A stretch of DNA of 64,000 nt from Salpingoeca rosetta (lineage: Eukaryota > Protista > Choanoflagellata). The stretch is taken from positions 2,554,324 to 2,618,323 of the forward strand of contig JAWQFM010000003.1 of the NCBI GenBank assembly GCA_033442325.1. Direction: 5' to 3'. Shown here in pieces: positions 12,404-28,008 of this stretch (positions are counted from its first letter, which is position 1; every line of letters begins with the position of its first letter). The notes under the pieces are model-generated. The model searched no databases, was not told the origin of the DNA, and saw only the letters and a program-made list of their open reading frames with translations. A program made the position numbers and the translations under genes.

Positions 12404-12666
12404 GCACACACAGACGCACACACAAACACACACAAACACACCTGAGCAGGGTCCATGGTGATGTCGCCTGCTGTTGTGGCACGCATGTATGCTTGCGACG
12501 GAAGCTGCCGCTGACCTGCTTGCGTATGCGCGGCAGCAACACGACCCACTCCACTGAAGGCCACACGCGCTACACCCGTTGCCACCCGCCATGCTCCACC
12601 GCCACCACCACCACCACCACCACAAGCAGCATGCCTCGCCACAGCACGCCAACACATGCACGCCAT
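8003..12666 (-). CDS. AFG1L: AFG1/LACE1 (ZapE-family) mitochondrial AAA+ ATPase, ~12 exons
   Basis: Motifs APRGVYL.GSVGCGKSMLMDLFY (Walker A), RIHFHSFM, VLCFDEMQIPDV (Walker B), VVVATSNRPP.DLY, DYLAIA, NEARRFITLIDALYE, FTGEEELFA..R.ISRL.EM. Arg/Ala-rich presequence-like N-terminus. Last exon 8042-8003 gives ...FWGFGWWESLLGRKRKGR*. Confidence 0.93.
11395..11470. repeat. 10-bp tandem repeat (GGTGAGTTGT)~7 in an AFG1L intron
   Basis: Seen directly; it reads ACAACTCACC on the transcribed strand. Confidence 0.9.
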
Positions 12667-12703
12667 TGCTGTTGTGTTGCGTCCACTTCCGAAACAACGT
12701 CAT

Positions 12704-12716
12704 TGATGACTCAGCA
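12704..12716. promoter_or_regulatory. TGATGACTCAGCA (AP-1/ARE-like bZIP site) in the 58-bp divergent gap between AFG1L and the F-box-like gene
   Basis: One mismatch from the MARE at 7697 and 61132. Confidence 0.4.
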
Positions 12717-12724
12717 CACGAAGC

Positions 12725-13610
12725 ATGACCGATGATGGCAGCTGCTGTGATGGGTGGTGGTGTGGTGGTGCTCGTGTGCACGCTGGTGCTCGTGTGAACG
12801 CTGGTGTGCAGGTCGGTGTGAGGGAAAGACGGGTGGAGGAAGGCGGCCCTGTGGATGGCAGCTGTGGTCGCGAACGGCGCAGCAGTAGGGAGGCGGTGGA
12901 GGAAGAAGAACGGTTGCAGCTGCTGCAGAGCGTGTTGTGCGGGGATCTTGGGCGCAACTGCATCGCCTGGCAACTCAGTCTGGCCGACCTCCATCAACTG
13001 TGTCTTGCGCTGGGCGCTCGACATGGCGGGAACACCATCGCCGGGTGGCTGACCCCGATTATGCACGCGTGGGACCTCTCGTTTGTCAACGCCCGCATGT
13101 TCAAGAGCAGGCCCTCCTTTGAACGGCTAATGCCCGGTGTTGCGTACATGCTGCGACATGGCCGTAAGCCCGGCAATCAGCTCGCACTGGTTCTCTATGA
13201 CTTTATCTGGACGGAGATTGCGGCTGGCGCCATCGCCTTTGGGCACCCGCGCATTGCTCTGGCCTGTGTGGATGCGGACTGCTTTCCAGCGAAGCGGCTT
13301 GCGGGCTTGTACAAGCTTGCCAAGCACTGGTGCAAGGTAAGCACGCGCGTGTATGTGTGTGTTCGAGCGTTTGTGCAATAGTGTGCGTGCGCGAATGTGT
13401 GTGTGTGTGCGTGTGTATATGTGTGAGATTGATTGGAAGCAAGCCAGTACACATCTCCTTCCTCGTCCTGCCCCTGCTCCTCTTGTTCATCTTCACAGCC
13501 CCTCACGGCCCCTTCCAACCCCTGCAACGCTGCTTGCTCAGGTCCAAGGATCGACCATGCCAGAAACAAGCCAAGACATCATGAGCCGCCATATACATCC
13601 TCATGCATGA
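12725..13610 (+). CDS. Hypothetical protein with an F-box-like segment; exon 1 is 12725-13336 (start and last exon uncertain)
   Basis: Repeat-free ORF of about 200 codons ending at a strong donor AAG|gtaagc. LLQSVLCGDLGRNCIAWQLSLADLHQLCLAL resembles the F-box pattern. The 3' exon (about 13440-13610) is tentative. Confidence 0.5.
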
Positions 13611-13914
13611 AGCCTTTGTTCGGCGCAGTTGTGTCATCACCATCACCATCAACACATATGTACATACTGTGTCTGCCCATGCATGTCACTGACTACGGTA
13701 TTGTGGCTCATGTATTGACGAACGTAAGAGGAGAGGAAATGCATTGACGAGAGACAGAGCAACAGCATCAGGCAGCAAGCAACAACAAAAGGGAAGAACA
13801 GGGGAGAAAGAAGCCTGTGGCACTGAACGCTCGCATGTGTACGCGGGTGTGTGAGAGAGAGAGAGTGTGTGTGTGTGCGTGTTGGGAAGGGAGAACAAAG
13901 GGTCGCTTCGTTTG

Positions 13915-14872
13915 TTATACGTGGAACTCCGTGAGCTTGATCTTCGCCTGGTCTCGCGGGTGCACTTGCGTAATGCCCTGCCAGTGGTTGCATGCCAGCC
14001 ATGAGAGAGGTGTACAGCTGTGCACGTACGCAAGCAAGCATACCCATGACGCACCGCGACGACAACAATCATCACCACCCCCGCACGGAGACACACGCAC
14101 ACACACACACGCACACACACACACACACACATGCACACACATGTGCACGCCGTATGAGACGCACAGCGCGTTGGAGCATTTCGAGGTAAGGCAGCCAGTG
14201 CTTGTCGTCATCAATGGCGATGTACGGATCGTGCGGGCTGGTCATGCACTGATTCATCAGCTCCTGCGAGGAGAGTGTGAATATGTATGTGTGCGTATGA
14301 GTGAGTGAGTGAGTGTATGCGTGCGTGCGTGAGTGAGTGAGAGAGTGCGTGCGTGAGTGTGAGTGAGTGTATGAGTGAGTGTGAGTGAGTGAGTATGTGA
14401 GTGAGTGAGCGAGTGAGTGAGTGAGTGAGTGAGTGAGTGTGAGTGAGTGAATGGGTGTGTGTGTGTGTGTGAATATTTCAATGTGATTTGCCAGACGGCA
14501 TGCTTCCAAATACCCCCCCCCCCTCACATAAACACACATGTACACATCCACCAGTACCGACCTGCAAGAGCTGCCGCAAGCTGATGAACGTGGTACCGCC
14601 GCTCGCAAGCTGCGCGTCTTCATCCTCATCCTCCTCATCATCGTCGTCGTACTGCGGGTGCCTGCCCCTCCCCCGCCTTGCACTGCCACCGCCACTTCCC
14701 CGCGTGTGTCCGCGCGTGCGATGAAAATACGACTCAATGGTCCTTGGGGCCTTTGTTCCCATCGGCCGGCCCGCCACATCGCCCGGGCGCGGCGACGGGA
14801 AGTGCTGGTCAAGGAACTCGCGCTGTGCATGCGTGTGTGTGCATGTGCGTGTGTGTGTATGTGTGTGTGTGT

Positions 14873-14907
<35 letters not shown>

Positions 14908-15665
14908 TGTGCGTGTGTGTGTGTGTGTGTGTGCATGTGCGTGTTGGGGGGAGGTGAGGCTTAAAGTGCTGTGAGCAAGCCCAACACACAGCACGCGCAC
15001 GCGCACACGCACACGCACGCACATGCTCATGGCACAAAACACAGGCGAATACGCGAAAACACACTGAAGCACACTTGCTGTCTCCTTTCCCCCTCGCCAC
15101 ACCGTCAACGCCACGCACCATCTTGATGAGGAGCTTCTGGTTCCATTTGCTGACGGCCTTTGCACGGTGTCTGATCTTGCGTGCAGCCTGCGATGCACGC
15201 TTCCTCCCATCGTCCCTGGTGTAACACATGTCAGTGTGTTGAGGGTAGATGAGGACAGTTGCACATGTTGGTGTTGCACAGGCATGTGCGTGTTGCAGCA
15301 GTTGAGTACTACAAACTGGTGCACAGATTGGAGCGCGCACACGCACACGCGTGAACCCACGCACACTCACGCGCGCAGACGCACGCACACGTACGATGAT
15401 GCCTCGGCCTCCTGGGCGTCGAGTTTTGCTCGCGTGTCCACCAATCGCTTTGTGAGGCCCTCACGTAGGGCAATGTGCTCAGCCAGACACGCTTGCTGAC
15501 TGTTATCACCAGTGCGCATGTGTGTGTGAAAGGCAAATGAAAGTTTGCAGGGCCGTGGACGTCGCATACACTTCCAAATGACGTTGCACACACACACACA
15601 CACACGCACACACGCACACACACGCACACACACGCACACACACACACACACACACACGCACACAC

Positions 15666-15701
<36 letters not shown>

Positions 15702-16750
15702 GCACGCACGCGCGCGCGCGTGCACCTCACCGTTTGATGGTTGCTTCAATGTCCTGGACGTCGCGCGTGACCTGAGCAATGAGAAACTGCAGCCTGCTGA
15801 CGCTGGCGTCCACGCGTGCCTCGGCCTGACTGCGGATGACTTCTTCGCTCGGCTGGGGGACTGGTAAGCATCAACACACAAGCAAGGGCGAGACAGATCG
15901 TGCCAGTGGTTGGTTTGGTCAAGGGCGCATGTGTGGACAGGTTACAGCAACGTTGTGAGACACATACAAAGCAGTGACCACAACGTCCATCATCACCACC
16001 AACAACAGCCACAACACTACTTGCAGCACCTGTGAATGGGTATGTGTGCAATGCCTCGAGTTCGCTCTCCAACAGCAACACTCTACGGGCCAGGAGACGC
16101 TGTGACATCAGCACGTGCGTGCATGTGTGTGTGTGTGTGCATGCGTGCGTGCGTGTGTGCATAAGCCGTGACCAAGCAGACGGTATTGAAATGGTGAGAG
16201 GTGGGTGATAACAAGGGTGTTTGGGAAGATACAAGCAGGGCGTGTGGCTGCAATGCCTGTTCACCTTCTCCTTGACTTCCGGAGACAACGCGGCTGTGTC
16301 CTCGGTCGCTGTGTGTCGCGCATGCTCTGCTGCATCCAGCCGTAACTGTGCATGTGTTGTGTGAGTTGTGTGTGTGTGTGTGTGTGTGGTGTGCGGCGTT
16401 GTGCGTGCGTTGTGTGCGTGCGTGTGTGCGTGTGCATGTGGTGTGTGTGCGTGCGTGCGTTGTGTGAGTGGGTGTTGGATGTACGTGCGTTGTGTGAGTG
16501 GGTGTTGGGTATCGTGTATGCATGGGTGTGTTGTGTCCATGTTGCACGCAAGACGTCAATGAGGTGGTGCAAGGAATACCCTGTTCAGTTCCTCAGAGAG
16601 TGTGTCGCATGCTGCCTGCGCTTCCTTGTCGGCCTCTCGGTGTCGATCTACCCGCGTGTCCATCAGCGCATCGCCCTCACCGCCTTCATCCAGCAGCACA
16701 TGCTGCACTGCTGCTCTGAACAGCGCCAGGCGTGCACCACCAGCCACCAT
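13915..16750 (-). CDS. CENPK: Centromere protein K (CCAN, CENP-H/I/K/M subcomplex), 9 exons
   Basis: The spliced C-terminus EFLDQHFP...[62 protein letters not shown] matches the CENP-K signature (EFL..HFP...L.E.L..L.N.....PHDPY......WPPY.E.L.R.GI...HP.D...I.L..FH). The N-terminal half is coiled-coil-like. Confidence 0.85.
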
Positions 16751-16845
16751 CACCGCTGCAGCCAAGTCCTTCTGTTGTGCAAACCGTTTTCGCCGTTACT
16801 GTCTGTTTTGCTTCTGTTCCTCTCCACTGCTGTTTGTTGTTGGAA

Positions 16846-16908
<63 letters not shown>

Positions 16909-16956
16909 CACACACACACAGACAGACACACACACACACCAGCCAGCCAGCCAGCC

Positions 16957-17031
16957 ATGGACGCAGTGGTGCCGTCGACAGCGGTGCTGAAACGATTGCA
17001 AGCAGCGAAGGAGCACGCGGAACAGAAGCAG

Positions 17032-17063
<32 letters not shown>

Positions 17064-18896
17064 ACAACAACAACAGCAACAGAAGCAGGCACAACATAGA
17101 CAGCGTGGGGCGGAAGCAGAGGAGAGAGCGCCACGCCTGTTCCCGCAGTTCTTTGCGAACGCAAAGGAAGAGAGCGTGTTCGAGGCCCTGTTCAAGAAGT
17201 GGCGGGCCACCATCGACGCGCACCCGTCATATGCGACCATCCCTCGCTTCTTCTTCGGACCGCGCACCGCCAGCTCGCAAGCCAAGCCGGTCATTCCAAC
17301 AGCGAGCAGCGCCACAAGCGGCGACAGCGAGGCTCACAAGAAGGCAGCCCATAAGAAGGAGGCCCACAAGCAGAGGCACCATGATACGCAATCCAGCGGC
17401 ACACCAACCGCGGGCGACGCTGCGCAGCGGCTGCTGAGGGAAACGGCACACAGCTACCAGCTCCTGACGCGCCACGACCGCAGCATCACAAACGACGAGC
17501 TGCAGTTTGTGTGGGGCGTGCTGCAAGAAGAGGCTGGCGACAAGGAAACGCTCACGTACGCGCAGTTCAAGCTGTGTGCACAGCGCGTGGAGGAGGCCAC
17601 GCCAAAGTTCACCGCGTTCTTCGCGCCCAACACCTTCCTTGCGCTATGCAAGGACCGGTACAACAGCGTCTCTATCAACCACTTCTTCGACCTGATCATG
17701 TACGTGGTCAACTGGAAGCAGCGCTACCTGGCACTGTGCCAGTACGCGGATGACTCTGGCGAGTTCATTGCCGAGGACGCGTTGAGTGACTTCATCGCCG
17801 ACCAGCTTGGCGACATGCCTGCGCTCGCCAACCTGGCCGACTCCTTTGTGGAGACGTACCTTGTCTATGCCAGCCGCAAGTTCGTCTTTCTGCACGACCT
17901 CAAGAACAAGAAGGTGCTTGTCTGTATGTGTGTCTGCTGTGTGCATGTGTCTGTATGTGTGTGCGTGCGTGTGTGTGTATGGGTGGAGGTGTGTGAATAT
18001 GTGTGTATATGGGTGTGTGCGTGTGCGTGCGTGCGCGTGTGTGCATATGTGCGTGTGTGTGCGTGTGCATGTATGTGTGTGGATGTGTGTGGATGTGCGA
18101 GAATGTACCATGTACGGTTCGACCACAACACCGCACCCTCACGCGCTCGCACATCCCCTCCGCCACCACCACAACACCCGCAGATGCGCGTGAAGGACAT
18201 TCTTGTATCTGAATCGATGGAGGAGTTCTTCGAGCTGCGCCAAGAGCCGCACACCATCCCTGCCCCGCGCCTGCAGAACAACTGGTTCAGCATCCCCACC
18301 GTCCGCGACATCCACGCAGAGTACATTCGCCTCGACGCCGACGAGGATGGCATGCTCTCCAAGCAGGAGATGTTGAAGTTTCGCAAAGGGTCAATCAACC
18401 CGATGGTCATTTCTCGCATCTTCGATGTGTACAAGACGTATGGCGGCAAGCTGGACTTTCGCGCCTATTTGGACTTTGTACTTGCGCACTGGAGCATCCA
18501 GACACCGCAGGTTGGTTGATGTGTGTGTATGTTGGTTGCACGTCATTGTTTGTTGTTGCACTCACGCATGGGTGTGTGTATGTGTGTGCGAATGTGCGTG
18601 CGTGCGTGCATGTGTGCATGTGTGTGTGTGTGTGTGCTTGGTGTGCGTATTTTGGTACTCCAGCAACAGTGCCCAAGTTGTTGGCAGGCAAGCACACAGA
18701 CACGCAACCACATTTCAACTCCCACTCACAACCGCAACTGCTTTTACGCGCGTGTGCGCGCGCAAACTGCAGGCCATCCGCTATTTCTTCCGCTTGTTGG
18801 ACTTGGAGCACCAGCACCGCATCACCCCAGCCAACCTCTACCACTTCTTCCAGGGCATGCAGGTGTGCGCGCGCGTGTGTGCGTGTGTGTGCGTGC

Positions 18897-18930
<34 letters not shown>

Positions 18931-19635
18931 GTACGTGTGTGCGTGTGCGTGCGTGTGTGTGTGTGTGTGTGTGCGTGTGTGTGCGTGCGTGCGTGTGTGT
19001 GTGAGAGAGAGAGAGAGTGTGTGTGTGTATGTGTGTACGTTGAGGGTCATGCGCACCTTGCTCGGTTGTTGATTGCATTTGTCAATCCTGAAACACTCGG
19101 CCTTGCCTGTCTTCACGCGCCCTTCTTGTTACCACCCCCCACCCACAAACACACACACACAGCGCCATCCTCAACTCCGGGGGTTTGAGTACGCGTCGTT
19201 TGAAGACATTCGCACAGAGATTATTGATATTGTGAGTGTTACACGCCATGTTTTGCATCTTTGTTGGTGTGCCTTCATCTGGCCTTAAGGTGTCGTTTGG
19301 AAACCGATGTGAACATGACGTACAGCTTCAGTACGCAGTCAGCCTGCTCCATGCATGCACACATCCACCCGCATACATGCACAAACACACACATGCACTC
19401 ACTCGCACACGCACACACGCAAACACACACATCTACGCGCTGGCAGGTGAAGCCGAAGAATGTTTTTGGGATCACGCTTGATGAGCTGATTGCGTGCGGA
19501 CGAGCGGACCACGTGCTGCTGATGCTTATTGACGCAAACTACATCTTTCACAACGAGAACCTCGAGGAACCACAGCCCACGGAGGGCGATGGCACCGAGG
19601 TGGAGGAAGACACGCCCCCTCTTGGCGAGGCGTGA
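16957..19635 (+). CDS. PPP2R3C: PP2A regulatory subunit B'' gamma (EF-hand protein); exons 16957-17913, 18184-18510, 18773-18862, 19163-19231, 19447-19635
   Basis: Motifs Y.TIPRFF, N.ELQ.VW, RKFVF..D, NWFS, Y..LD.D.DGMLSK.E, TY.G.LD...YLDFVLA, SFEDI..EI.D.VKPK and LID.N.....EN.E. Confidence 0.92.
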
Positions 19636-20300
19636 GTTGACGCGCACTCCCACGTGCTTGCAAGCATTTAATGAGTTATTGATGCTGCTGTTCATGTCGA
19701 TTTCCGCGCTGTAACGGATGCATGTATCATATTGTGCAAAGAAGCCACCACCTCGCTTATCGATTCCTTGTACATAACAACTGTTACACATTGGTGCCGT
19801 GTGTGTGTGTGTGTGTGTGTGTCGTAATCCCTCTGTGTCAGGATGATTCACCCCATAAATGAATCAGCAGCAGCCACGTTTGACATGTTGTATCAGCGCG
19901 GTGTGCGCGCTGGGACGATAGTGAGAAGGAAGAGAAACTGAGCGAGCAAGATGCGCGTATGTATGACACACAGGGGAAAAAGCACGGTTGTGTGGGGTGT
20001 CAAGGGTGGTTTGCTTGCAAGCATTTTGCCATGTGGAGTGAAGGGATGGGTTGGTGATGTGACACAGGCAAAGGGAAACGCACGAAAACGCAGCAATAAC
20101 AGCCTGGTAATCATTGGTATGACCCTCGCTGCTTGGGTTGCCGTGGATGCTGTCGTTGTTGTCGGTGGTGGTGGTGGTGGGAACTTGTGTGGTGACAGTG
20201 AGTTGCGGCGATATGAAGATCAGAGCGATTCAGGATGGTGCGATGACGGGAGTGGTTGTCAACGATGCGTAAAAGAGGGGGGGGGGGTGCAGTGCTGCCT

Positions 20301-23388
<3,088 letters not shown>

Positions 23389-23567
23389 CGTTGTCCTCTG
23401 TGTAGTACAATTGGCATAGAAATAGTACACTACACCCCAACGTGCGTGGGAGACAAACACCAACAGTGGTTGTTTTGTGTGTTGTGCTGCGTTGTGCTGT
23501 GGTGTGCTGGGAGACTGACCTGATCCTTCGTTGCCACCAGGCCACTGCTTCGTGACCTTTGACAGTC

Positions 23568-23645
23568 ATGCTTGAGATCAGAGCATCGGCACCAGGGAAG
23601 CTCATCCTTCATGGAGAGCACGCCGTTGTCCACGGCAAAGTCAGT

Positions 23646-23739
<94 letters not shown>

Positions 23740-26432
23740 AGTGTGTGTGTGTGTGTGCGTGTGTGTGTGTGTATGTGTGTGTGCCAAGCAGACGTCACCG
23801 AACTTATGTGACAAGCTTGGAGCAAACGACTGCATTTATCTCCCCGCTTGTGCTAACGTCTTACTCGTCCCCCCACACACAACGCCCCCTGCGACTGTAG
23901 CTGGCTGTTGCTGCGAGCCTGGATCTGCGTGCGAGTCTGGTGCTCACACTGAACGACGATGCAAAAGTCAAGCTCAGCCTGGCGGAGCTCAACATTGACA
24001 TCGACTTCCCGCTGTCGGATCTGCCCCAGGTGTCAGCTGAAGGCGCTTCCAGCACACAATTGGACCAACCCCTGTACCAGGCCATCCACACCCTCGTTGC
24101 TGCCCGCGACGAGTTGAGCGAAGGATTGGAGTCGCGCAGGTTCGCGGTGGAGGCCCTCTTGTACCTGTATTGCGGCATTGTCAAGGCCACATCCACACAG
24201 GAGCAAGACGAGCAAAGCCCTTCTGGGGTGACGATCAACGTCAAGTCCGATCTTCCCATTGGCGCTGGCCTTGGATCCTCCGCTGCGTACAGCGTCTGCC
24301 TGGCGTCATCCATGCTTGCCCTCACCCGCCCCATTGACGCCGGTCCGTCGGTAGCTTGCTGCATGCTGATGCTCTCATAGACATGCATACTTTGTGTATG
24401 TGCATGTGTGTGCTTGTGTGTCAAGTTGTGTACTTATGGATACCTTGCGCTTAGCTCGCCCACGCTTGCCTTCCTACCTACCGTTGTACCAGACGCACAC
24501 GCACACACGCACACTCACTCACTCACTCTCACTCTCTCGCTCTGTCGCTCTCTCTCTCTCCCTGCCGCTACCTGACCATCCATGTGCCTTTCTTTCTTGC
24601 CTGAATCCGTGCTGTATTTGCGTGCAGCCAATGCTGCGGACCTGGACGCCATCAACGCGTGGGCGTTCCTGTCAGAGTCCATCATCCATGGCAAGCCCAG
24701 CGGTCTCGACAACACCATCAGCTGCTTTGGTGCGTGTAATTGTGTGTGTGCGCGCATGTGTGTGTGTGTGTGCGCGCGTGCGTGCGTGTGTGTGTGTGTA
24801 TGTGTATGTGTGCGTGTGTGTGTTCGTGCGTGCGCGCGTGTGTGTATGCGTGCGTGTGTGTGCGCGTGCGTGTGCTGCTTCTGATATCACGTGACAACGC
24901 GAGCTTGAAGTTCCTCTCCCCAATCGTACCATCTCACATGAGCACTGGTCGTCCTTCGTTCGCTTTCAGGCGGTGCGGTGTCGTTTGCGTCGGGCAAATT
25001 CAATCGCGTGTCCACGTACGTGTGCATGTGTACACGTGTGCATGCGTGATGTTTGTGCAACTGTGTGTGCATGCGTGATGTTTGTGCAACGCCCTCAACG
25101 CCCACATACACGTGCACGCAAGCACCTACGCGCAAGCACACACACACACACACACATCACGCCAGCTTACACCTTCGTCGATGCATGTTGACTGTTGTGC
25201 AGGTTCCAGAGTCTTGAGGTTGTGCTGGTGGACACGGGTGTGCCGCGATCAACAAAGGCACTCGTCAGCGGCGTCAGAGAACGCAAGCACGAGGTGCACA
25301 CACGCTGCGTGTGTGTATGTGTGTGATCTGAACGTTTTGCGTTGGGTATTGTACCCGTTGTGTTGAAAAGAGGAATCGTGCTTGAAGTGTGTGCGAAATG
25401 ATTTTTGCTTGCTGTTCCCGGCCCTCCTCTCATCAACAAACCACCGCCCCCTCCACACACACACATGCACACACACACACACATCACACACACACACACA
25501 CACAAATGCACACACACACGCACACACACACGCGCACACACACACTCTTGCAGTTTCCTGCCGTGATGGATCCACTGCTCGACTCCATGGGCCATCTTTC
25601 ACAGACGTTCCTGGACATCAGCCAGCAGCTTGCAGAAACATCGGACACAGACCCGCTCTTCACCAAGCTGGAGGTCCGTTGCGAGCAGGGTTTAACTGGC
25701 ATGGCCTGTGGTGGTGGTGGTGGTGGTGGTGGTGTTATTGCAGCTGCGGTTACTTTGTGGCTATGAGAGAGAGTGTGTGTGTGTGAGTGTGTGAGTGTGT
25801 GTGTCGTTTCCTGCACGCAGACACATGTACACGCACACGTGAAGAAGCCGTCGTTTTCCCGATCCTGATCCCCTTTCTTTGGTGTGTGTGTGTGTGTGTG
25901 TGTATGTGTGTATGTGTGTGTGTGTGTGTGTAGACGCTGATGACGATGAACCACCACATGCTGAACGCCATTGGAGTTGGCCACCCGGCCCTTGACGACG
26001 TGAGTCAGCAGCACAGACGAGCACTGGTGCATTCGCACGTTCGCACATGCCAACGTCGTGTTGCAGCCTTCTCGCACACACGTGCACATACGCACACTTT
26101 TTTATCTCACTCACTAGCGCGCGCACACACACACACACGCACACACACATACCATCTCTGTTACTCACGCATGCACACGCACGCATCTGTCACACCCTTT
26201 CCTTTGCCCCCCCCCCTTTCAGGTCGTTCGCCTTGCCTCGTCGCTCGGGCTGGCTGCCAAACTCACGGGTGCTGGTGGTGGCGGCTGTGCATATGTTCTT
26301 CTTCGCCCGCACGCAAGCGAGGACGTGAAGGCAAAGCTGTTTGCTGCTCTGAAGGAGAAGGGGTTGCGGTATTGGACCACGTCGCTTGGTGGTGCTGGTG
26401 TTGCTGTTGAGCGCAGTGACGCCAACCAATAG
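23568..26432 (+). CDS. MVK: Mevalonate kinase (GHMP family)
   Basis: Motifs [61 protein letters not shown] and [10 protein letters not shown]. Confidence 0.95.
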
Positions 26433-27382
26433 CAGTGGCGTCACGCGAACAAAGTAGAAGCACGTCGCCATGTGTGTGTGTGTGTGTCTGTGTTTCATGT
26501 TGTTTGTAAACCAACCCCATCAATAGACTGCTATCGCCATTGACATGGCTTCGCACGTTGCCAACCCTCCACGTGCAATGAGTGTCGTGGCTGTGGAGAG
26601 TGCCGTTGTAGTTCAAGAGCGTCAGCCCCATGCACGTCAGCTTACCAGCCTTGCAAGTTTCGCCTCAGCCCCATGCACAAGGAAGCAATGCACACACACG
26701 TTTGATTTCGCGTCGTCACACTCCTGCGTTTTGGACGTGCGAACCTTTCCTCCTCGTGATGGTGTTCACAATGTGTCACGGGGAAGGTTCAAAGAGTGTC
26801 TATTCATGCATGTTGATGTGCAGTGAGTCGGGGGCACACCCATGCTTCGGCTCAAGATCACAAGCACCAAACACGGTGGTGGGCAAAAAGGCGAGAAAAG
26901 AAGATTAAAAGGACCAGTCACATCGGCAAGTAAAGAAGCAAGACGCAAGAAGAGTGAAAGAGGGCTGGGGAGAGCGGCTGTTACCGTAAAGAGGACAGAC
27001 AGCCAAGTGCCATTCACGAGCAGGTCAGGAGTGGTGTGTGACAGTTCGCCATTGTAACAACAAAAAGGAAGGGCTGAAAAGGAGACCAGGGTGCAAATAA
27101 TGGCACGGGAAAAGAAAACTCAGTGGCTTAAGACCCTTGATTTGCATGGGCAACAAGGATCAGAAGAAGAACACACGAGCAAGACGACAGCACGCGCATG
27201 CACAACACGAGGTACCTTTGCAACAACAACACATGGCTGACGAACATATCGCTATACACAGACGCTCACGCTGCAGCAGCAACAAGGCAACAAGGCAACA
27301 AGGCAGGAAGCACGGACACTCAAACGCAACCGATGAACAAAAGAGATCAGATACGAAGAACCTGAAGAACTGAAGAAGATTA

Positions 27383-27422
<40 letters not shown>

Positions 27423-28008
27423 GAGGAAGTGGTGGAAATTGAGGCCCTCTGGGCAAACAAAAAAAAGCAAGCAAACGCAACTGTAGCAGGAAGATCAGGC
27501 TCCAACACGTCTGAGAGCGAAGGAAGAAAGAAAAGGGTCATGTCAAAACACGAACAAACAAACAAGGGTGTGATGTAAGAGATCACACGCCCCCACTACA
27601 GCACTAGAGCACTACCACAACGCAACACAACATCCAGCGGTGGGGAGAAAACGACCGGTCTATGTTTGTGATTGGCTGCGTCACAACACACAACAAACAA
27701 ACGGCAAACTCCTCAGCGAGATGCACTCCATAACTGCACAATGGCACAGCTCTATGAGCCAGCACAACATTACTGCAACAAGTTCACAAATACAGTTCGC
27801 GTAACGGAGCGGTGACACATGACAACGGCACACCGCACACGTGTGCGTACGAATGCAGTGCCACTAGCCAAAGGCAAAGTGCTGTGGTGTGAGGTGACGT
27901 GACAACAGCAAGGACTTATCAGGAGCAGATAATAAACCACCTGTGGTTGCTTGCTTGCATGCAGGCAATGCAGGCAATGCCCGTGCAGCTGCTGAGCAAT
28001 GCTCACGC

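Noticed and set aside
26433-28008. Possible extra gene or ncRNA between MVK and the zinc-finger gene
   Set aside because: No coherent exon chain, tRNA or rRNA features; most simply the 3' UTRs of two convergent genes.
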